In this document: in pieces, positions 38,968-47,832 of the stretch
How the letters are laid out: each line of letters begins with the position of its first letter
Position numbering within the stretch: position 1 is the first letter of the stretch
Virus record (IMG/VR): IMGVR_UViG_3300014638_000002
Location: 1 to 62,941 of that record
Source: a virus
Taxonomy: Duplodnaviria; Caudoviricetes
Reading direction: 5' to 3' (one strand)
Length of the DNA: 62,941 nt
Position numbers and translations under genes: made by a program
The notes under the pieces: model-generated
What the model saw: only the letters and a program-made list of their open reading frames with translations
Told to the model about the DNA's origin: nothing
The model's database searches: none

Positions 38968-39584
38968 AGGTCTTTCTCCATCATGAACATCGTATGTTCA
39001 TCGATCATCCAGTTCGGTTCGTAGACGCCGGTACCGCGGCTCAAATGTTCCGTGATGGCGCCTTCCGGATAGGACTGTTCCCAGGACCAATAGCGCGGAT
39101 CGTGGGTAGGCAATATGCGGGCAGCGCGCACGACGTTGCCTACCCAGCGGTCCTCATAATCAATACGTGGATCACCAGCGATTACTGCTTCCATCGCGCG
39201 CTTACTCAACCAATAGCCCGAACCACCGCCAATGTGACCTTCACATGGAACTTGGTAACCAGTATAATCGTGTTTCTCATAACCAGATGCCAACAACCGC
39301 GGCACGATGATGTAGCAATCAGTCGGCACGATGAACACATAATCGTGGCCGTGCTCGAGTGCCCATTTCACGCCAAGTCGCGTCTTGAAAGCCCCATTCA
39401 TAAAACCGGTCGGAGAAAGAACACTCAATTCATCGCCCAGCATATCGTCCCAACGCAGACTATCCAGGACAAACATGTGCGGGATCAAATGTCCCCATTC
39501 CTTCAGATAGGTCTCATAAATGGCAGCGTGATCCCCGCGATCTTTTGAACCATGATAAGTCGAAATCAAAATGATCGGGTTCAT
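38955..39584 (-). CDS. GT31/fringe-like glycosyltransferase
   Basis: KT....WA....DYVF...TD.Y, DYTG, GGSGYWLS..AM, ED.WVG. Confidence 0.7.
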   Translation of the reverse strand: MNPIILISTYHGSKDRGDHAAIYETYLKEWGHLIPHMFVLDSLRWDDMLGDELSVLSPTGFMNGAFKTRLGVKWALEHGHDYVFIVPTDCYIIVPRLLASGYEKHDYTGYQVPCEGHIGGGSGYWLSKRAMEAVIAGDPRIDYEDRWVGNVVRAARILPTHDPRYWSWEQSYPEGAITEHLSRGTGVYEPNWMIDEHTMFMMEKDLCRK

Positions 39585-40303
39585 TTTACGTCCCAACATT
39601 GCAACAGGGGAACTTCTACCATGCTTAAGCCGGAACTGTCAAGCCAGAGCGAATACATACGTTCCGAAAGATACGCCATCGGCCGGTGCAGATACGCGGG
39701 ATCCGTCGCGTCCTTCGACTCAATGCCTACCCGGATGGCCTCCGCGAGCGGCCACCACCATTCCATGAATCGATTGAACACCGAGGCCCGCGTAACGAAA
39801 TGCATCGGACGAATGTACGGCCGGGCCACATATGGTCTGACATTAGGCGGCAGCAAGTCCATGAACACATCCCAGTCATGGGAAGATCGGGACCGACGGA
39901 AATCGATCTCCATGTCGAGATTGTACGCGCAGTTGAACGTCGGCGCCACGATGATATCATGTTGGGCCAGGAGCTCTTGAATGTACTGCCCATCATATTT
40001 TGCCAACCATTCTTGGTAGACACGAAAATCACCAATGCCGACCTCGTACCAAGCCGGCACCCGCAGTAGATTTTGGAAATCCAAAAACTTACGATAACCA
40101 TGGAACCCAATAATGTCGAGATCGTCCCGGTTTTTCCAGATCCAATAGGGGGCCCGCATGTCGGCGTATGTTTCAAAAGATGAAATACCAACACCATGTA
40201 GATCGTCATAACCGCAAATAAACTGTTTCGAAATCCCACCAAATATTGGCCGGATGCCTCGTGGACGTACGTGATCAATCGCATAGATCTCAATCTTACG
40301 CAT
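39581..40303 (-). CDS. DUF4422-like glycosyltransferase-associated protein
   Basis: YWIWKN...DIIGF.GYRKFL, HDII, F..F.EWW, R..AYLSER...LWL. Confidence 0.7.
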   Translation of the reverse strand: MRKIEIYAIDHVRPRGIRPIFGGISKQFICGYDDLHGVGISSFETYADMRAPYWIWKNRDDLDIIGFHGYRKFLDFQNLLRVPAWYEVGIGDFRVYQEWLAKYDGQYIQELLAQHDIIVAPTFNCAYNLDMEIDFRRSRSSHDWDVFMDLLPPNVRPYVARPYIRPMHFVTRASVFNRFMEWWWPLAEAIRVGIESKDATDPAYLHRPMAYLSERMYSLWLDSSGLSMVEVPLLQCWDVK

Positions 40304-41322
40304 TAGAAGGGTCTAAGCCATTCCGGGTTACGCTTGTACCATGCCACCGTCTCGCGAAGGGAGTCTTCCAAGGAGACTGGCGGCTTCCAGCCCAAAGAGG
40401 CAAGCTTGCTACCGTCCAGGCCATAATGAGGATCGTGACCCGGCCGGCTTATATCACCGGGCTCTATCTCGTACTTGAGCGGCTTGCCCCAATATTCTGC
40501 TATCAACTCAGCAAACTCGAGATTGGAAATGCAACGCTCCCCGACGACGTTGTAACGGTCTGGACGATCCATAGCACCATCAACATGTATCCGTGGCGGC
40601 GAATATTTCAAAAGATACATGATCGCGTCGGCAGCGTTGCGGGAATGAATATAAAACCGTGATCCGATATCGCCATGGGTGCCGTGGATCTTCACTGGAA
40701 ACCCATCGTTCAAAGCGTTCATCACAATCAGCGGAAACTTGTACGGCGATTGCATTTCGCCAAAGTTGTTCATCAAATTGACGATGATAAGCGGCACATT
40801 GTAAGCCCGCCAATATGAAATCGCAATGTCTTCCTGGGCGGCCTTCGACGCCGCATAGGGACTAGATGGCAGCATTGGGGCCCATTCCGGATGAAACGTA
40901 CGGCCGTCGGTCGCCCCATAGACTTCATCCGAGGATATATGCAGGAACGCGGCCGGCCGCGCAATGCGCGTATGTTCGAGGATGGTGAGCATCGTTGAGA
41001 CGTTCGTATGGATGGTTTGCAGCGGCGCCTTAATGGAGTCAAAGACATCGGTATAGGATGCCATATTGACAATGTAGTCGACGGCGCCTATTTTATTTCG
41101 CAACATATCGGATATGGGCGCCTTCAAATCATGCGTGAACACTTTCAGCCGTGGCAACGTCTCCGGATGCTTATGAGTGACGCGCCAGATGCGATCGGTC
41201 AAACCTTTATGCCGGAACGAGTCAATCGCGATCACGTCCCAGTCGGTGTTCTTGAGAAAATGCCGCACGACATGGCAACCGATCGAACCGCCGGCGCCGG
41301 TGATCAAAATACGTTTTACCAT
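40303..41322 (-). CDS. rmlB: NDP-glucose 4,6-dehydratase (RmlB-like)
   Basis: ITGAGG.IG, V.DSI, SSDEVYG, PSSPYAASKAA, NNFGE.Q...KF, RPGHD..Y.LD. Confidence 0.85.
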   Translation of the reverse strand: MVKRILITGAGGSIGCHVVRHFLKNTDWDVIAIDSFRHKGLTDRIWRVTHKHPETLPRLKVFTHDLKAPISDMLRNKIGAVDYIVNMASYTDVFDSIKAPLQTIHTNVSTMLTILEHTRIARPAAFLHISSDEVYGATDGRTFHPEWAPMLPSSPYAASKAAQEDIAISYWRAYNVPLIIVNLMNNFGEMQSPYKFPLIVMNALNDGFPVKIHGTHGDIGSRFYIHSRNAADAIMYLLKYSPPRIHVDGAMDRPDRYNVVGERCISNLEFAELIAEYWGKPLKYEIEPGDISRPGHDPHYGLDGSKLASLGWKPPVSLEDSLRETVAWYKRNPEWLRPF

Positions 41323-42002
41323 TTGGGTTCATATCCTGTGAACATACGGGGATTGTGATCGGCCTCGTACCAACGCAAGTTAGGGATATTAGTCTGTTCA
41401 ACCAGCGCCAGCATGTTAACCTCGAATGACACCATCTTCATCGTCCGAATGAACGAACGCGTAACCGCTTTGAAAGCTTTTGTCAAGTTGTGAATGTCCC
41501 TTCGGGGCACGATCAAGACGCTGCCGCAGAACCGCCAACACGGGCTGTTGTAGTCGTCGATCTCGCATTTCGGCCAGCAGCCTGGGATCGCGAAATCGTT
41601 CTTCACAATGCGATCTAGAAAAGACGTCAAATAATCTCCGTTCATCCCCGGCAAGTGCATGATGCCGTAGTCGACCCACACAAAGGTATCGGGCTCTTGG
41701 TTAAGATTGGCCGCGGTCGCCAACCATTCGATCTTTTGGTGCTGCACGCAATGGTACTCGAGCGTGTTCTTGGCTGGGTTGTCATAGGTGGCCCATTTTA
41801 ACGGCGGCTCCATCGGCGGCAGTTTCTGCAGGAACTGCGTCAGCCATAAATCCTGAATATCATAATAGAACGCCTGGATAGACCGCACGCCCATAGCGCT
41901 CTTCAGCCGGTTACCGAGTTCGACATATTCCTCGGTCTTGCGCGGATGGTTTGGGATCTCGGTGAACCCGGTAACGACCTGGACTTTGGCTTTCTTGCTC
42001 AT
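41316..42002 (-). CDS. HtrL/YibB (WlaTC)-like glycosyltransferase
   Basis: VVT.F, Y....K..W, FVWVDYGI.H, WRFCG, EVN..A. Confidence 0.65.
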   Translation of the reverse strand: MSKKAKVQVVTGFTEIPNHPRKTEEYVELGNRLKSAMGVRSIQAFYYDIQDLWLTQFLQKLPPMEPPLKWATYDNPAKNTLEYHCVQHQKIEWLATAANLNQEPDTFVWVDYGIMHLPGMNGDYLTSFLDRIVKNDFAIPGCWPKCEIDDYNSPCWRFCGSVLIVPRRDIHNLTKAFKAVTRSFIRTMKMVSFEVNMLALVEQTNIPNLRWYEADHNPRMFTGYEPKW

Positions 42003-44002
42003 TCGCCCAACCACATAATCACGTCATCATCGGTCACGGTAGCTAGGCGCGCCTCGCAATCCTTGAAACCGTACGAGATCACCAAGCGCTTGCCCTCCGG
42101 ATGCCAACACAATCCCATGGCATACTCAATGGTCTTCTCATGGAAGCCGAAAGGTTTGCTGATCTTGACGACGTTGAATTGATCGTCCCATGACACAAAT
42201 CGATGGAGATAATACCTGGTGGGTTGCCCCGGGATCTGGCGGGCCTCGTGGACGATCGCCAGATAGCCCTGATGGAATGGGATCACCTGGGTGCCGCCGC
42301 CTAGGGCGCTAATATCCCATTGACATGGATGTTTAGTATCCGCGCCATGTCCGTCCGTCGTTTCATCAACATGATACATCCAACGGCTGGTCTTATCAAT
42401 AATCGGCATCCAATTCTTTTCACAGGCGAGCGGCGCGTGCGTCAATCGTTTCAAATTGTCCAACGTACCATTAGCCGTAATCTGCACGCAGACCTGTTCC
42501 GGCAAGCCATCTTGCCGCAACTCGCGAACCGTTGCCGAGGCGTATAAGTCGTTACCCATATTGAACAGCCGCATGTCCTCTAAGCCGATGACAAGCGGGT
42601 ATGCCGGCGGCGCAGTCAGGACGTCGCTGCCTTTCAATTCCGACGTGAGCCGCGGCACGATATCGAGCGCACCGTCGAAGCCGACGAGGAAGTTGCGTGT
42701 GTTGATCGGGTTTGTGTTGTTAACAGAACCATCCGCAAGGCCGCGGATAAGATAACGGCCATACTCGTCAATTCTATAGTTAACCGTGCGAACGATCGCC
42801 AAGAGCTCGCCGTCTCGATTGATGACCGATGGGTTGAGTGGGATCCAATTCTCTTCCGGATGGAAATTGATCCCTTTCCATTCAAACGACGGGCAGACCT
42901 CTTTCAACATCGGATAATAATGGAAGATGTTCGTGCGGTTTAGATCGCGCGAGAACGCATATGGGCTCTTTTTCAACGTGAGCTCGTTGCACACGTCGAA
43001 ACCCTTAGCGCGTTTAGTCGGCATGTAAAACGCTGAGACTGCAAATTCATCCTTGACACCGCATTCGTAAACGTAATCATTCACGAACAACGCATCCTTG
43101 GTATGGGGGATTTCCATGCCAGCTTCTGAATACAAAACGGCGAGCGCGTTCTGCCCTTTTTCCCGGTGATATTTGGCGAGCTCGTACAGCGTCTCGGCTC
43201 GATGCGGCCGCATGTTATACGCAATCTGCATATTGAGTATAAAGCCAGCATCGTCGCCAAGCGTCCTGAGGCATTGGGCATAGCTCAATTGAGCGTGCCA
43301 GACCTCTTCATCCCAACCACCGGCATCGACGCGGCGCTTGTACCACTTAGCCGCTTTGTCGACCTTGCCGGCGTCACGATAGGATTGTGCGAGATAATAC
43401 ATATAGCGCACATTGACTGGTAATTTGTCTTTTTTGTCCACTTCCATGGCGGTCTTAAGCAGCTTGATATCGCGCTTGAACTTGTCGGGGCGATTGGCAC
43501 CGTCGGCGTGATCCGTGAAAAATGCTTTCTCGGGCGGGATACAGCCCCCTGTGGGCAGGTTCAAATATTCATGCGTGACACCCATATACATTCCGGTGGT
43601 GTTCGTTCGAGCCAGACGCCGGTTCTGATACTTAAGCGTACCAGACACCTGATACATGTCAAAGCTTTCGTCCTTGACATCATCGAGCCAAGTCGGATCG
43701 TTGACTTTCAACTCCATATCGGCGTCCATCAACAGAATGTACTCCGACTCTTCTGCAAACGCACGAGCCGCTTGTAGTGCGATATTCCGCGCCTGCGAAA
43801 AATCCTTGAATTCGGTTTGACCAATGCGGCCGGGGATCTGGCGTTCTGCGAAGAACTTTGTGATCTTAGTAACCGTGTCGTCGGTGCTACCGGTGTCGAC
43901 GATCACCCAGTAATTGATGTATGGGGCAGCGCTGGCCAGAGCCCGCTCGATGCGCGCGGACTCGTTTTTCACAATCATATTCAAACAGAGCGTCTTAGCC
44001 AT
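41999..44002 (-). CDS. GT2-TPR glycosyltransferase with C-terminal beta-propeller
   Basis: LCLNMIVKNE, VDTGSTD, DF..ARN, DADM, HE, YYLAQSY TPRs; then NPS, GLED.RLF, EKNW, IEY..GL. Confidence 0.85.
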   Translation of the reverse strand: MAKTLCLNMIVKNESARIERALASAAPYINYWVIVDTGSTDDTVTKITKFFAERQIPGRIGQTEFKDFSQARNIALQAARAFAEESEYILLMDADMELKVNDPTWLDDVKDESFDMYQVSGTLKYQNRRLARTNTTGMYMGVTHEYLNLPTGGCIPPEKAFFTDHADGANRPDKFKRDIKLLKTAMEVDKKDKLPVNVRYMYYLAQSYRDAGKVDKAAKWYKRRVDAGGWDEEVWHAQLSYAQCLRTLGDDAGFILNMQIAYNMRPHRAETLYELAKYHREKGQNALAVLYSEAGMEIPHTKDALFVNDYVYECGVKDEFAVSAFYMPTKRAKGFDVCNELTLKKSPYAFSRDLNRTNIFHYYPMLKEVCPSFEWKGINFHPEENWIPLNPSVINRDGELLAIVRTVNYRIDEYGRYLIRGLADGSVNNTNPINTRNFLVGFDGALDIVPRLTSELKGSDVLTAPPAYPLVIGLEDMRLFNMGNDLYASATVRELRQDGLPEQVCVQITANGTLDNLKRLTHAPLACEKNWMPIIDKTSRWMYHVDETTDGHGADTKHPCQWDISALGGGTQVIPFHQGYLAIVHEARQIPGQPTRYYLHRFVSWDDQFNVVKISKPFGFHEKTIEYAMGLCWHPEGKRLVISYGFKDCEARLATVTDDDVIMWLGE

Positions 44003-45231
44003 CAGAAAATCTCCAATTCGGGAATAGCCGTTACGAATTTCCCGCCCCAGGATCGAACCTGCTCGCCGATCCGGCCAGCAATTTCTTTTTTCAAGTTCCA
44101 TGGAAATAGGAGCAAATAGTCTGGTCGATCAGCGAAGATATGGTTTTCATTGAAAATCGGGATTTGCACGCCTGGAATATATTTCCCTTGCTTGTACGGC
44201 GTCGTGTCGACTACGTATGGGAGCAGGCCTGTATCGATGCCACAGTAATTCAACAACACAGTAGCCTTGGCTGGCGCACCATAACCGCCAACGGTTCGCC
44301 CGTCGCGTTTAGCATCGATCAACAAGTCCAACAGGTCACACTTGATCCGCACGATCTCTTTTTGGAACGACATGTACGTGCGCGCATGATCGAACCCAAA
44401 ATACGTTTCTTCCAACAATAGGTCCGAGACAGACTGATCACTAGAACGCAGGTCGTTCCAATGGGAAATGAAAACCCGAAGAGAACCGCCGAGATTTGGC
44501 AGCTTTTCCACACTGAGCACTCGCAAATCGTGCTGCTGCAAGATATCGAGGATAGTATGTAACCAGAAATACGAATAATGCTCGTGGTAGATCGTATCAA
44601 ACTGCAGATCTTTGATTAAATTGAGCAGATGGGGGCACTCGATCGTCGCGGTACCGCCGCGCTTCAACAAAATGCGAATACCTTCAACAAAATCATGGAC
44701 GTTTGGCACATGGGCAAACACATTGTTGGCCACAATAAGATCGGCAGCTTTGCCTCGTTGCACCATGCTTGTTGCAATCGCGGCGCCGAAAAAAGCTACC
44801 TCCGTAGGAATGCCTTTCGCTTGCGCGGCCGCGGCGACATTGGCAGACGGCTCAACCCCATGCGCCGCAAGGCCCAGCTCCTGGAAATACTGCAGCAGAT
44901 ACCCATCGTTGCTGGCGATCTCGACCACCAGCGGGTTCTCCGTGAACGCCAACATTTCAGACATGCGATTGGCGTAGCGCTCGCATTGCGCCAGAAATCC
45001 CTTGGAATTAGATGAAAAATATGCGTAGTGTTCATTGAAAAGCTCTTCGCGTCGAACAACCGCCGGTACCTGCACCAGCCAGCATTTCTCACAGACATAC
45101 GCGCGCAAGGGATAGATCATTTCACCCTGTTCGAGCGATGCGTCAATAAGAAGAGCATTGGATGGCGGTTGACGTCCTAGGTCGGCAAAGGTCACAGATA
45201 ACGGGGCAGAGCAATTTCGGCAAAAATGCAT
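44002..45231 (-). CDS. NDP-sugar C-methyltransferase (NovU/TylC3/TcaB9-like)
   Basis: CR.C...C..C.LVQ Zn site, EIASNDG.LL, NNV.AH, FDTIYHEH.SY, GYGAPAK...LN, KQG.Y.PG. Confidence 0.9.
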   Translation of the reverse strand: MHFCRNCSAPLSVTFADLGRQPPSNALLIDASLEQGEMIYPLRAYVCEKCWLVQVPAVVRREELFNEHYAYFSSNSKGFLAQCERYANRMSEMLAFTENPLVVEIASNDGYLLQYFQELGLAAHGVEPSANVAAAAQAKGIPTEVAFFGAAIATSMVQRGKAADLIVANNVFAHVPNVHDFVEGIRILLKRGGTATIECPHLLNLIKDLQFDTIYHEHYSYFWLHTILDILQQHDLRVLSVEKLPNLGGSLRVFISHWNDLRSSDQSVSDLLLEETYFGFDHARTYMSFQKEIVRIKCDLLDLLIDAKRDGRTVGGYGAPAKATVLLNYCGIDTGLLPYVVDTTPYKQGKYIPGVQIPIFNENHIFADRPDYLLLFPWNLKKEIAGRIGEQVRSWGGKFVTAIPELEIF

Positions 45232-45278
45232 GGGGGCCTCCTGCAGCCCCCATTGCATAGCACTCGGTCAGTGCCCTG

Positions 45279-45521
45279 TCAAGCCGGCGCCGTAAACCCC
45301 GGCACATAAATCGTCGGAAAGCCATTCTTAAATGGGCCAGACCCGGTTGCTCCTGCAATGACTTCAGGAAACTCATTCCTCGGCGCCTTACCAGAAGCTT
45401 GGGCATACTGTTTCCAGTGATTGGCGAAATGCGGCACTGTCGAGACGTTAACCGTCTTGCATCGCGTAACGCGGTCAACCGCGGTATTTGCGATAATCCG
45501 AATTGTCGGAAGCGCGGCCAT
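45279..45521 (-). CDS. hypothetical protein
   Basis: TAATG-coupled to the collagen gene; contains GATG. Confidence 0.55.
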   Translation of the reverse strand: MAALPTIRIIANTAVDRVTRCKTVNVSTVPHFANHWKQYAQASGKAPRNEFPEVIAGATGSGPFKNGFPTIYVPGFTAPA

Positions 45522-46429
45522 TAGCCACCGCCAGGAGTACCGGGCGATACCTGAATGCCTGCAGTAGCGCCCAAGACTGGGTTCCACCATACCGCGCCCG
45601 GGATCTGCGGATCCACAGTTGGCGGGAAGAAGATTGAGTTCTGGATAATACCCATTGGACCGGGCGGCCCGCCAAGCGATGGAATAGCAGCAAGCGCATA
45701 TCCAGATTGTCCTGTCTGGCCGGTATAACCAGAATAACCAAAATTAGCGCCCCCAGTGCCCGGGCCGTACATGTAGCCATATGGGCCCGTAATACCCGTG
45801 CCAGCGCCTACCGGCATCCAATTGTATTGGAGAACACCGGTTGGACCAGTCGGACCAGTCGGACCTGTTGCGGCCGTCGCTCCAGTCGCGCCAGTAGCGG
45901 CTTGCGGACCTGTCGGACCGGTAATACCCGTTCCGCTCGTTGGACCAGTTGCGCCGGGAATGCCGGTCGGTCCTGTCGGGCCCGTTACCCAAAGAGGTCC
46001 CTGCGGACCCGCTACGCCCGTATTACCTGTGGGACCGGTCAAACCTGTCGGACCGCTCGGGCCAGGCAAACCGATTACACCCGTGTAACCGATCGGGCCA
46101 GTCGGACCAGTAATGGAATAACCGCCGGGAGGACCAGCAGGACCTTGCCATACAGACCATCCCGTGAAACCAGTCGTACCTGTGATGCCAGTGGCATAAT
46201 GAAACAGCACGCCGCCGGTCGGACCAGTTGGACCGGTCGTACCTGTACCTGCTATAGCGGGGCCAGTTGGGCCAAGAGGACCAGCAGGGCCAGTCGCCTG
46301 GTTGGCATTGAGAATAGCTGAAATCTCCGCGATGACGATCGACAGCTGATTGTCGTCAATCGTATCTAGTGGCCCAAGCGTGTAGTTGAGCGCGTTGATC
46401 AAGCCGGGTTGTTCTGGGCCAGTTGCCAT
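45521..46429 (-). CDS. collagen-like protein C
   Basis: Interrupted (G-X-T)n; C-terminal PPT.DP...G.VW.N...VS.G. Confidence 0.85.
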   Translation of the reverse strand: MATGPEQPGLINALNYTLGPLDTIDDNQLSIVIAEISAILNANQATGPAGPLGPTGPAIAGTGTTGPTGPTGGVLFHYATGITGTTGFTGWSVWQGPAGPPGGYSITGPTGPIGYTGVIGLPGPSGPTGLTGPTGNTGVAGPQGPLWVTGPTGPTGIPGATGPTSGTGITGPTGPQAATGATGATAATGPTGPTGPTGVLQYNWMPVGAGTGITGPYGYMYGPGTGGANFGYSGYTGQTGQSGYALAAIPSLGGPPGPMGIIQNSIFFPPTVDPQIPGAVWWNPVLGATAGIQVSPGTPGGG

Positions 46430-46432
46430 GTC

Positions 46433-47086
46433 TTACCCCGATGAAACCGTAAGCACGCCGCTATTGCTCCACATCTGTCCTTTGACGTGTGGATCAGATG
46501 TCGGCGGCGTGAACGAATAAAAACTTCTGCCCGTCGGACCTGTCGGTCCAGTCGCGCCAGTCGGCCCCTGTGGACCCTGCGGACCCGCAATCGAGCGCGC
46601 GGCACCAGTAGGGCCAGTCGGTCCTGGAATACCAGTAGGACCAGTTTTGCCCACTGGAACCGGCCCTGCAGGACCTACTCCGGTAGGCCCTGTCGGCCCC
46701 GTGTATGCCGTAGCCCCAGGCAGCGTCAACGGGCTGATACCTGTGAGGCCAGTTGGACCTTGAGGACCAGTCAACCCGGCCGGTGACGTACCAATAATGC
46801 CCACGGTACCAGTGGGACCAGTGACACCTGTCGCACCCATAGGCGCCCAAACCGTCAGCAAGCCAGCGTTCGGATTACTCGCCGGGCCCGTAGGACCGGT
46901 TGTGGTATTTGTGGGGCCAGTAGGTCCTGTAAGATTAGCTAGGCCCGTCGGACCCGTCGGTCCGGTAAAACCGACAGCCGCGCCAGAATTCACATAGTCG
47001 ACCAACCCCTTCAACAGGGGGCTAATCTGATTTGCATCAGCGTTCTTAATGACTGGAAGCGGGCCATCAGGAAACGGATTTGCCAT
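46433..47086 (-). CDS. collagen-like protein B
   Basis: (GPT)n; C-terminal [24 protein letters not shown]. Confidence 0.85.
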   Translation of the reverse strand: MANPFPDGPLPVIKNADANQISPLLKGLVDYVNSGAAVGFTGPTGPTGLANLTGPTGPTNTTTGPTGPASNPNAGLLTVWAPMGATGVTGPTGTVGIIGTSPAGLTGPQGPTGLTGISPLTLPGATAYTGPTGPTGVGPAGPVPVGKTGPTGIPGPTGPTGAARSIAGPQGPQGPTGATGPTGPTGRSFYSFTPPTSDPHVKGQMWSNSGVLTVSSG

Positions 47087-47087
47087 C

Positions 47088-47777
47088 TTATGTCCCCGGT
47101 CCCTTCGACACGATCAGCGTACCCAACGTGCCGGCCGAACCTGTTGCAGCGCCAGAAAATGGTTGGAACCAAACCTGTCCCGTAACACCTGGACTTGAGG
47201 TCGGTGCGATGAACAAGTCGCCGCCCGTATATCCAGAATAGGGCACGTTCGGCGAAACAAGCGGCGGCAATTCAAGTCCTGTCGGGCCGGTCGGACCAGT
47301 CGGACCAACAAATCCAATGAAGCCAGTTGGGCCCGTAGGACCGGTCGCGCCGGCGGGACCAGTTGGACCCGATGTACCGGCCGCAGGGCCGGTCTGTCCT
47401 GTAGAGGCACCAGTGGGGCCTGTGGCGCCGCTAGGACCGGTGGCGCCCGTCCAATTATAGAAGGGTGCTCCTGTCGGACCAGCGATGCCAGGCGGTCCCT
47501 GTTGGCCCGTGATGCCTGTTGCGCCCGTGGCACCTTGCGGACCTGTTGGACCTTGGAAACCTAATGGACCAGGCGGCGCGGCACCTTGAATTTGTGGGCC
47601 AGCAGGGCCGGTATAACTGAACCCTGCAGGACCGGTCGGGCCGGTCGTTGCTCCCGTCGGACCTGTAGGGCCGACAGACGCGCCCGTTACGCCCGTAGCG
47701 AGCGCAGCTACAACCTGTGAAAGGATAAGGCCGCGCTGACTGTGGTCATAGTTGAAGGAAGAGGTAATTGTCATCAA
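47088..47777 (-). CDS. collagen-like protein A
   Basis: (GPT/GAT)n; C-terminal [13 protein letters not shown]...LIVSKG. Confidence 0.85.
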   Translation of the reverse strand: MMTITSSFNYDHSQRGLILSQVVAALATGVTGASVGPTGPTGATTGPTGPAGFSYTGPAGPQIQGAAPPGPLGFQGPTGPQGATGATGITGQQGPPGIAGPTGAPFYNWTGATGPSGATGPTGASTGQTGPAAGTSGPTGPAGATGPTGPTGFIGFVGPTGPTGPTGLELPPLVSPNVPYSGYTGGDLFIAPTSSPGVTGQVWFQPFSGAATGSAGTLGTLIVSKGPGT

Positions 47778-47800
47778 GAAACCCTTGCAAGGTCATTTGA

Positions 47801-47832
47801 ACTCTAATCGCCATCCGTTTTTAATTCCTTAA
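47801..47832 (-). promoter_or_regulatory. CtrA-half-box promoter for collagen/glycosylation genes
   Basis: TTAA-ggaatta-AAAA-N11-TAGAGT. Confidence 0.5.

Noticed and set aside
36907-45231. Host LPS/capsule locus or prophage boundary
   Set aside because: Flanked on both sides by head genes and coupled to them; no flippase, polymerase or integrase; enzymes lack TM segments. Not fully excluded as a host-modifying function
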